Shown here piece by piece: positions 58,196 through 64,000 of a DNA stretch of 64,000 bases. The stretch spans positions 25,974-89,973 of the forward strand of contig JAVLBR010000001.1 of the NCBI GenBank assembly GCA_031581125.1, written 5' to 3'. Origin of the DNA: Schleiferiaceae bacterium. GTDB lineage: Bacteria > Bacteroidota > Bacteroidia > Flavobacteriales > Schleiferiaceae. The notes below the pieces were generated by a model. The model did not search any database and had not been told where the DNA came from. It was given only the letters and a program-made list of their open reading frames with translations. Each line of letters opens with the position of its first letter. Positions within the stretch are counted from its first letter, which is position 1. A program made the position numbers and the translations under genes.

Positions 58196-58519
58196 CTACT
58201 GAAGATTAAAGAGAAACTTAAGCTTGTTGTCTAAAGCTTGCATTTCCTTTTTACTTAGCTTTCCTAACTTACCAATGGCCAAAGATCTATCGATGGTGGC
58301 AATTTTGGAAAGCCGCACCAGTGACGCTTTTTTCAGGCCGTTTTCGTCGTTCGGGTACAGCAGCAAATCAACCCCCTCCTGCCAATTCAATTGCGTGGTA
58401 ATGAAGGGGACCGTTAGATCTCTTGCGGTCACATGTAAAACCACCACTGGCCGCCTTTTACTTCCCGAAAGGTCTGTGAAAGGAAAAGGAATAAGAAGTA
58501 CATCTCCCTTACGTATCAA
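58196..58519 (-). CDS. Type II toxin, PemK/MazF family
   Basis: MIRKGDVLLIPFPFTDLSGSKRRPVVVL.. is the PemK-like N-terminal signature. 107 aa, with a 4-nt overlap with the upstream antitoxin ORF. Confidence 0.85.
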   Translation of the reverse strand: MIRKGDVLLIPFPFTDLSGSKRRPVVVLHVTARDLTVPFITTQLNWQEGVDLLLYPNDENGLKKASLVRLSKIATIDRSLAIGKLGKLSKKEMQALDNKLKFLFNLQ

Positions 58520-58755
58520 AACTTTTCCTTGAGATCGTCTTCCTGATATATCTCAGGCTCCTCCTTTAGGAAATCAAAAGCTTTTGCCTGGGCTGCTAGG
58601 TATTGTACTTCCTTTTGGAGCGCCTTTTCCTGGTATTTATGGAAAAGATATCCAGCAAAGTCGCTAATCTGCCCCACTTGTTCAGGAGGCAATTTCGCAA
58701 GCTGGTTTACCGTATGCTCAATCAGTTTCTTTTTGTCTTCTTCTGTCTGGACCAT
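58516..58755 (-). CDS. Putative antitoxin (DUF2281-like LPxxxxxxIxDFxxYL motif)
   Basis: A 79-aa acidic ORF overlapping the toxin start. Motif AKLPPEQVGQISDFAGYLFHKY. Confidence 0.65.
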   Translation of the reverse strand: MVQTEEDKKKLIEHTVNQLAKLPPEQVGQISDFAGYLFHKYQEKALQKEVQYLAAQAKAFDFLKEEPEIYQEDDLKEKF

Positions 58756-58895
58756 CGAAAATGCATTTAAGGAGCTGCCATAACGAACGGGACCGCATTA
58801 AGGTTGGCGGTTTAGGCTAGGTAGTGGCCGCCTGGACAAGCCTGTCACCGTGAGTTCTTGGAAGCCAAGATAAGCAAAAAGGATTTTTACCCTAT

Positions 58896-58928
58896 CGATC
58901 ACTGTCCGGTGCTGGTGGGGGTGGAGTA
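58896..58928 (+). repeat. 33-bp direct repeat, copy 2 (orphaned duplicate of the xth 3' end, ending GAG TAA)
   Basis: Identical to 58103..58135. Retains an in-frame ..DHCPVLVGVE-stop reading. Confidence 0.95.
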
Positions 58929-59028
58929 AAGAAAGAGCACCTTGTGAGTTGGTATTTCACATTTGGCCGCTAAGGCCTAAAAACCAAAGGCCCGCCCGGG
59001 CCGGGGCCCTGTGCTATCTTTGAAGGCT

Positions 59029-61449
59029 ATGATGGAGCCGGCAAGGGAATGGTTTGCCGCCCAGGGCTGGCGCCCGGCGGATTTTCAGGAGGAAGCCTGG
59101 AAGGCTTTTCAGGAAGGCGCCGAGGGCCTGGTCAATGCCCCCACCGGCAGCGGCAAAACCTACGCCCTGCTGCTGCCCATCTTGCTTTCCGGGCCGGCGC
59201 AGCCGCGCGGATTGCAGTGTGTGTGGATTACGCCCATCCGCGCCCTGGCCAAGGAGATCCAGCAAAGCGCCGAGCGCGCAATAAAAGCCCTGGAACTGAA
59301 CTGGACGGTGGGCGTGCGCACCGGCGATACCACCTCGGCGCAACGCGCCAAACAGCGCCGCGCCCAGCCCAACCTGCTGATCACCACCCCCGAAAGCCTC
59401 CACCTGCTGCTGGCCAGCAAGCAGGCACCGCAAACTTTTGGCCAGCTCCGCTGCCTGGTGGCCGATGAATGGCACGAGCTGATGGGCAGCAAGCGGGCCG
59501 TGCTCCTGGAACTGGCCCTGGCCTGGCTGCGCCGGGAACGCCCCGCCTTGCAAACCTGGGGCATCTCCGCCACCATAGGCAATATGGAGCAGGCGCGCGA
59601 AGTGCTGCTGGGCCCGGAACGTAGCCAGCGCCCCAGCGCCCGCATGATCCGGGCCGATATCGAAAAAGAAATCGTAGTAGAAAGCATCCTCCCCGATACG
59701 GTGGAAACGCTCCCCTGGGCCGGCCACCTGGGCATCCGCATGCTGGAAAAGGTACTGCCCGTGATCCGGGAGAGCGGCAGCACGCTCATCTTTACCAATA
59801 CCCGCTCCCAGGCCGAGATCTGGTACCAAAGGCTGCTGGAAGTAGCGCCCGAGCTGGCGGGCGTCATGGCCATGCACCACGGCAGCATCAGCCGCGATCT
59901 GCGTTTTTGGGTGGAAGATGCCCTCTACACCGGGCAGCTCCAGGTGGTGGTGTGCACCAGCAGTCTGGACCTAGGGGTAGATTTCCGGCCGGTGGAGACC
60001 ATCATCCAGATAGGCTCGCCCAAGGGCGTGGCCCGCTTCATGCAGCGGGCCGGCCGCAGCGGCCACCAGCCGGGCGCGGTAAGCCGCATCTACTTTGTAC
60101 CCACCCACTCGCTGGAACTGGTGGAAGCGGCCGCCCTGCGGGAGGCCATCAGCCAGAAGGTGATGGAAGAGCGCTGGCCCTATTTCCGCTCCTTCGACGT
60201 GCTCATCCAGTTTGCCATCACCCTGGCCGTGGGCACCGGCTTCCAGGGCGCTGCGCTGCTGGCGGCGGTGCGGCAGAGCTTTTCTTTCCAAACCCTCAGC
60301 GATGCCGAGTGGCAGTGGTGCCTGGCCTTTATCACCCACGGCGGCAGCTCCCTGCAGGGGTATGACGAGTACCACAAAGTGGCCCAGGAGGGCGATTTTT
60401 ACCAAGTAACCAGCCAGCGGGTGGCGCGGCGGCACCGCATGAGCATCGGCACCATCGTGAGCGATGCGGTGATGAAGGTCAAGTTTCAAAAAGGGGGCTT
60501 CCTGGGCACCATCGAAGAATATTTCATTTCCCGGCTCAAGCCGGGCGACGTATTTTGGTTTTCCGGGCGCAACCTGGAGCTGGTGCGGGTGCGGGGCATG
60601 GAAGCCCAGGTGCGCAAGGCCCGCAGCAAAAAAGGCCAGGTACCCAGTTGGCAAGGCGGCCGCATGCCCCTTTCGGCCCAGATGGGGGCCATGCTGCGGC
60701 AGAAGCTGGCGGAGAGTTTTGCCCCGGAGCGCCGGGATCCCGAGCTGCGTCTGATCGAGCCCCTCTGGGCCACCCAGCGGGAGCGCTCCGCCATCCCCCG
60801 GCAGGGGGAATTTCTCATCGAGCGCCTGGAGAGCCGGGAAGGCTACCACCTGTTTTTTTACCCCTTTGAGGGCCGCTTTGTGCACGAGGGCATGGCCGCC
60901 CTGCTGGCCTACCGGCTGTCCCTGTTTGAGAAGATGAGCCTCTCCATCGCCATGAACGATTACGGCTTTGAGCTGCTGGGCAATAAACCCCTACCCCTGC
61001 AGGAAGCCCTGGATTCCGACGTGCTCACCACCGAGGGCCTGCGGGAAGACATCCTGCAGAGCGTCAACGCCGTGGAGCTAGCCCGGCGCCGGTTCCGGGA
61101 CATCGCTTCCATCTCCGGCCTGGTGTTTCGCGGCTACCCCGGCCAGCCCGTAAAAGACAAGCACCTCCAGAGCAGCGGCCAGCTCCTCTTCAACGTCCTG
61201 AACGACTATGAGCCCGACAGCCTCCTGCTGCAGCAGGCCTACGACGAGGCCCTGGAGTTTCAGCTCGAGGAGGGCCGCCTGCGCAGCGCCCTAAGCCGCA
61301 TCGCCGGGCAGCAGATTTTGATCCGCGACCTGCCCAAACCCTCCCCCTTCTGCTTCCCCATCATGGTAGACCGCCTGCGGGAACGCCTCAGCAACGAAAG
61401 TTTAGCGGAACGCGTTCAAAAAATGCAGGTGCAATTTGAGGATGCTTGA
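59029..61449 (+). CDS. Lhr-core / ligase-associated-type DEXH-box helicase
   Basis: Motif I NAPTGSGKT, motif II VADEWHEL, motif III SATIGN, motif VI QRAGRSGH, and the long C-terminal DEAD-assoc domain. The ATG at 59029/59032 is preferred over the GTG at 59011. Confidence 0.9.
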   Translation: MMEPAREWFAAQGWRPADFQEEAWKAFQEGAEGLVNAPTGSGKTYALLLPILLSGPAQPRGLQCVWITPIRALAKEIQQSAERAIKALELNWTVGVRTGDTTSAQRAKQRRAQPNLLITTPESLHLLLASKQAPQTFGQLRCLVADEWHELMGSKRAVLLELALAWLRRERPALQTWGISATIGNMEQAREVLLGPERSQRPSARMIRADIEKEIVVESILPDTVETLPWAGHLGIRMLEKVLPVIRESGSTLIFTNTRSQAEIWYQRLLEVAPELAGVMAMHHGSISRDLRFWVEDALYTGQLQVVVCTSSLDLGVDFRPVETIIQIGSPKGVARFMQRAGRSGHQPGAVSRIYFVPTHSLELVEAAALREAISQKVMEERWPYFRSFDVLIQFAITLAVGTGFQGAALLAAVRQSFSFQTLSDAEWQWCLAFITHGGSSLQGYDEYHKVAQEGDFYQVTSQRVARRHRMSIGTIVSDAVMKVKFQKGGFLGTIEEYFISRLKPGDVFWFSGRNLELVRVRGMEAQVRKARSKKGQVPSWQGGRMPLSAQMGAMLRQKLAESFAPERRDPELRLIEPLWATQRERSAIPRQGEFLIERLESREGYHLFFYPFEGRFVHEGMAALLAYRLSLFEKMSLSIAMNDYGFELLGNKPLPLQEALDSDVLTTEGLREDILQSVNAVELARRRFRDIASISGLVFRGYPGQPVKDKHLQSSGQLLFNVLNDYEPDSLLLQQAYDEALEFQLEEGRLRSALSRIAGQQILIRDLPKPSPFCFPIMVDRLRERLSNESLAERVQKMQVQFEDA

Positions 61450-61631
61450 GGCGCTTGGCGCTCCTTTCCAAGCGGAAGATATCATTGCCGTAGATCGCAG
61501 GGAAGGCCAGAAGCAATCTGTTTTTCACCGCCTCAATGCCCATACACTTAAGGCCTGGTGGCAGGATCAATCCCTGGGCGATCTTTGGGAACCCAGCGTT
61601 ATAGAGAGCGGACAAGCCACCCCCTAAACCC

Positions 61632-61664
61632 AAAAAGCCCCGGCCATATCTGGCCGAGGCTTTT
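61632..61664. terminator. Bidirectional intrinsic terminator
   Basis: aaaaaGCCcCGGCCA-tatc-TGGCCGaGGCtttt, between the helicase transcript and the convergent lipoprotein gene. Confidence 0.65.
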
Positions 61665-61688
61665 GGAGCATTGCTTGGAAAAAGCGGT

Positions 61689-62006
61689 TTACATGTCGTC
61701 GGTAGCTTCTTCTACCTTATCGCCGGCTTTTTCCATTTTGTCTTTCGCGGAGTCCACCGCCTTGTTGACGCCTTCCTTCACTTTTTCGGTGGTTTCCTCC
61801 ACCTTTTCACCGGCTTTTTCTACGGCGTCACCGGCTTTTTCGCCCGCTTCTTCCATGGACTCTTCCACTTTTTCGCCCGCTTCCTCCATGGACTCTTCCA
61901 CTTTTTCGCCGGTTTCTTCGGCTTTATCGCCGGTGCTTCCCTGGTTTTGGCAAGCCACTGCGCCTACAAAAAGCAGCGCCATGGCCCACAGTTGTACTTT
62001 TTTCAT
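61689..62006 (-). CDS. Small lipoprotein with acidic 11-residue repeats (LEA/apolipoprotein-like amphipathic repeats)
   Basis: Start MKKVQLWAMALLFVGAVAC (lipobox) at 62006. Repeats GEKVEESMEEA x2 plus degenerate copies (GDKAEET, GEKAGDAVEKA, GEKVEETTEKV). A -7 box TATATTTG lies on the minus strand at 62046-62039. Confidence 0.7.
   Translation of the reverse strand: MKKVQLWAMALLFVGAVACQNQGSTGDKAEETGEKVEESMEEAGEKVEESMEEAGEKAGDAVEKAGEKVEETTEKVKEGVNKAVDSAKDKMEKAGDKVEEATDDM
61841..61906. repeat. 33-nt tandem repeat (2 copies, 1 mismatch) inside the lipoprotein gene
   Basis: cgcccgcttc(t/c)tccatggactcttccacttttt x2, which is exactly 11 codons per unit. Confidence 0.9.
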
Positions 62007-62149
62007 AATCGTTTGGATTTTGAGGATTGATTCAGGGTCAAATATAATCAAAACCTGCTCATCAACAGGTACTTTGATTTAGCGGAGCAGGAATACGGCC
62101 TGGCGGCCAAAGGAATCAGGCCACGAAAAGGAAAACTTCCCCCCTGAAC

Positions 62150-62183
62150 AAAAAAAAAGGCGGGAGACTCTGCAACTCCCGCC
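62150..62183 (-). terminator. Minus-strand intrinsic terminator with no annotated gene upstream of it
   Basis: The plus strand reads A9-GGCGGGAG-actctgcaa-CTCCCGCC. On the minus strand this is an 8-bp GC stem followed by U9. Confidence 0.55.
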
Positions 62184-62647
62184 TTGCCTTAACAGTGTCT
62201 AATCGGAATCTCTAGATTACTAACCCTATTTCCCTATAAGAATGAAGAACCCTGTTAAGCATGAGCTAATGTACAAAAGTTTTTCAACCTACCAAACCCT
62301 TCGCTACTTTTTTTCGTACCAGCATACAAAAAGGCCTCCAGCCTTGCTCAGCAAATGGCTTTACCAGGGACCAGGCAGCTGACTTGGGGTAAAGGTTAAG
62401 ATGCCCCCAAACTTCCCAATCTTGCTGCATCTATCCATTTATCATATTACATATTTCGTAAACCACTAACATTTAGAAAGTTAAAAATTTTGTGACGGAA
62501 AGCTTTTTACGATGCTAAGAACCCCATCGCAAGCCCTACGTAGATGGCCTCCTTAACCATTTTCGTACTTTTTTGCTGCCGCCCAAAAAAGTATTGCAAC
62601 CGATCCCGCAGGTACGGGAGATATACTCCATAACTTTCTCCCTTTCA

Positions 62648-62796
62648 GGCTTTAGCCCCCTACCCCCCCAAGGGGGACTTTAGGCCGCGTCTAGCCCGCC
62701 GGCGTTCTGCTTCTTGGAAACTTGCTTACCGAGATTGAAATCTTTTGATGGGGTAGCAGGTGCTAAACCCCCTTGGGGGGTTTGGGGGCCTTTACC
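62648..62796. repeat. Inverted pair of C-run/G-run palindromic elements
   Basis: Left arm ggctttagccccctacccccccaagggggactttaggcc (62648-62685). The right arm (62759-62796), reverse-complemented, reads ggtaaaggcccccaaaccccccaagggggtttagcacc. The core matches at about 26 of 29 positions. Confidence 0.8.
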
Positions 62797-62858
62797 GTTA
62801 AAGATGAGTAAGAGTAAAGCGCCACAAACTTCCGTAAACCCAATCAACCATCTGTGCT

Positions 62859-62911
62859 CTGTGCCTGTCTCGCTCTTAGCGATTCGCTGTGCCTGTCTCC
62901 GGTCTTAGCGA
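62859..62911. repeat. Tandem direct repeat ctgtgcctgtctc(g/c)(-/g)(c/g)tcttagcga, two copies, period 28
   Basis: Copies at 62859-62882 and 62887-62911. A cluster of (c)agttcaaca short repeats lies nearby at 63018-63059. Confidence 0.8.
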
Positions 62912-63130
62912 GGCTCTATGCCCCGTACCTTCCCCGCTCCCAAACTTCTGTTAAACAACCCCTCCCGTTCAAAATCTATCAGCGCAGCGGTCTATGATCT
63001 AATATTCTCCTCAATTTAACAGTTACCCAGTTCAACAGTTCCAGTTCAACAATTCAACCTCATCGAGTGCAGCGTGTCCTTGTTATACCTACAGGATATG
63101 GGGCGGCACCACCGCTCCAGGGGGCCTTAA

Positions 63131-63304
63131 TGTCTGTCCACAGAGTCGAGTGTCTGGCCTAAAAAGTTGGTTCCCGACATATTCGGGGCCTGTCCCAACT
63201 TATTCGGGGAGGCTTATGCGGCTTCAAGAAGCGGAGTCTCGCCAGGGGCGAGATGAGATTTTTGAAGCAAGCGTAACGACGCTGACCGACTTTATAGACA
63301 GACA
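63131..63304. repeat. 174-nt element bounded by 17-18-nt imperfect inverted repeats with internal hairpins (MITE-like element or structured RNA)
   Basis: tGTCTGTC-cac-AGAGTCG (63131-63148) pairs with CGACTTT-ata-GACAGACa (63287-63304). Internal nested stems are CTTCAA/TTGAAG (63222-63267) and TCTCGCC-agg-GGCGAGA (63237-63253). Confidence 0.6.
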
Positions 63305-63308
63305 CTAA

Positions 63309-63386
63309 TTAAAAAAGCCCTCCCGTAGGACGAGAGGGCTCACAAACGAAAACTAAAACATAAAAATGAAAAAGCTCGAAAGCTTC
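63309..63386 (-). ncRNA. Candidate ~78-nt small RNA (promoter box, 5' UUCG hairpin, U-rich linker, intrinsic terminator)
   Basis: A minus-strand TAGTTTTG (-7 consensus) lies at 63399-63392. Downstream come AAGCU-UUCG-AGCUU, a U-rich stretch, and the hairpin GCCCUC-U-CG-UCCUA-CG-G-GAGGGC followed by U6 (plus-strand coordinates 63311-63339). No ORF. Ends are approximate. Confidence 0.3.
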
Positions 63387-63455
63387 TTGAGCAAAACTAC
63401 GAAAATAGAGACCCACTTACCGGCCAGGGCTTTTCCTTTCTCCTCCGGGGTATTG

Positions 63456-63463
63456 TACATTTG
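63456..63463 (+). promoter_or_regulatory. -7 promoter box TACATTTG
   Basis: Exact TAnnTTTG, 21 nt upstream of the ATG at 63484. Confidence 0.4.
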
Positions 63464-63483
63464 GGCGATAAAGCCCTAAAACC

Positions 63484-64000
63484 ATGCTCCCTACGGAAGA
63501 CCTCACCCTCTCCCTCATCCAGGCCCCCATGCACTGGGAAAAGCCGGAAGAAAATCGCCGCCAATGGGCGCAAGCCCTCGAACCGGTGGAAAATACCGAC
63601 CTCATTCTCTTGCCGGAGATGTTTACCACCGGCTTTTCGATGAACCCACAACACCTGGCCGAAGAATTTCCAGGACCTACGCTCGCCTGGATGCAGGAGC
63701 AGGCCCATAAGAAGCAGGCCACCATCGCCGGCAGTGTTATGAGCGCTGCAGGCGGCCAGTATTACAACCGTCTCCTCTGGGTAGAACCAGATGGACAGTA
63801 CCGGCACTACGATAAAAAGCATCTCTTTTCGCTGGCCGGGGAGGAAAAAATATACAGCCCTGGCCAGGAGCGCCTCTTAGTGACCTGTAAGGGCTGGCGC
63901 ATCAATCCCCAGATTTGCTTCGACTTGCGCTTTCCGGTATGGTGCCGCAATGATGCCGATTTCCACCTCCAGTTTTTCGTGGCCTGCTGGCCGGCCCGGC
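63484..64000 (+). CDS. Carbon-nitrogen hydrolase (nitrilase superfamily; omega-amidase/YafV-like), 3' end beyond the window
   Basis: Absent from the ORF track because it is open to the window edge. Reads MLPTEDLTLSLIQAPMHWEKPEENR..LILLPEMFTTGF..YDKKHLFSLAGE..INPQICFDLRFPVW. The catalytic Glu, Lys and Cys contexts are all present. Confidence 0.85.
   Translation, partial: MLPTEDLTLSLIQAPMHWEKPEENRRQWAQALEPVENTDLILLPEMFTTGFSMNPQHLAEEFPGPTLAWMQEQAHKKQATIAGSVMSAAGGQYYNRLLWVEPDGQYRHYDKKHLFSLAGEEKIYSPGQERLLVTCKGWRINPQICFDLRFPVWCRNDADFHLQFFVACWPAR

Larger units (their letters stand above)
58136..58895. mobile_element. ~760-bp low-GC insertion carrying a MazF/PemK toxin-antitoxin pair, bounded by the 33-bp duplication
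   Basis: A spot count gives 32% GC at 58201-58260, against 68% at 58021-58080. Flanked by identical 33-bp repeats. No recombinase inside. Confidence 0.5.

Noticed and set aside
61436-61627. A short ORF after the helicase as a truncated pdeM (IIAVDRREGQK versus the DxHxGK phosphoesterase motif)
   Set aside because: The resemblance is a few residues only and the key His is absent. It is kept as a question in the helicase finding and is not called as a gene or pseudogene.
62714-62908. A 64-aa ORF inside the ORF-free region
   Set aside because: It spans the G/C-run inverted repeat and the tandem repeats, has no start context or motif, and is almost certainly non-coding.
62859-62911. Possible CRISPR array
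   Set aside because: There are only two repeat units separated by 4 nt, no spacers of plausible length, and no cas genes in the window.
63366-63476. A 36-codon plus-strand ORF (MKKLESFLSKTTKIETHL..)
   Set aside because: It overlaps the promoter of the downstream amidohydrolase gene and the candidate minus-strand sRNA. Nothing supports translation.

Overview
This window is a 64-kb chromosomal segment from a Bacteroidota genome. The assignment rests on two SusC/SusD pairs, a hybrid two-component regulator, porP-gldKLMN type IX secretion/gliding genes, T9SS C-terminal sorting signals and TAnnTTTG-type -7 promoter boxes. GC content is high but patchy.

Gene content, left to right:
- 1-24.5 kb: a laminarin-type beta-1,3/1,6-glucan utilization locus. 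It holds a multi-CBM protein, a Nudix-fold regulator, a Na+/sugar symporter, an HTCS regulator, SusC, SusD, a PKD lipoprotein, GH16, a clan GH-A (GH158-like) enzyme, an MFS sugar porter, a second GH16, GH30 and a 1154-aa cytoplasmic GH94-clan-like protein.
- 24.6-30.5 kb, minus strand: the tightly coupled operon miaB / small secreted protein / sigma-54 activator / LptE-like lipoprotein / acidic low-complexity TPR protein / secG.
- 30.7-40.2 kb: topA, an arginase-fold protein, then porP/sprF-gldK-gldL-gldM-gldN.
- 40.3-45.2 kb: an FAD oxidoreductase, a DUF983 protein, an ABC-F ATPase and a T9SS-secreted lipase.
- 45.2-46.7 kb: two tandem tRNA-Arg genes followed immediately by a lower-GC membrane-anchored hypothetical protein.
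- 47.1-52.9 kb: a MarR gene plus an orphan SusC/SusD pair with no CAZymes.
- 53.1-61.7 kb: comF, a 1150-aa predicted outer-membrane protein, xth (exonuclease III), a MazF/PemK toxin-antitoxin cassette, and an Lhr-type helicase. The cassette is flanked by a 33-bp duplication of the xth 3' end.
- 61.7-64.0 kb: a repeat-containing lipoprotein, a 1.4-kb ORF-free repeat-rich region, and the 5' part of a nitrilase-family amidohydrolase.

I found no CRISPR array, rRNA, transposase, integrase, prophage or recognisable multi-gene defence system.

The items that look least explained are:
- the cytoplasmic GH94-clan-like giant protein ending the PUL;
- a shared tandem operator-like motif in the PUL;
- a strongly over-represented ~19-nt word (GGCC-N3-5-GGCCAAATGTG) in both intergenic and coding DNA;
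- the toxin-antitoxin mini-insertion;
- the ORF-free region, with nested inverted repeats and a candidate small RNA.

All family assignments come from reading motifs by eye. No database searches were run.
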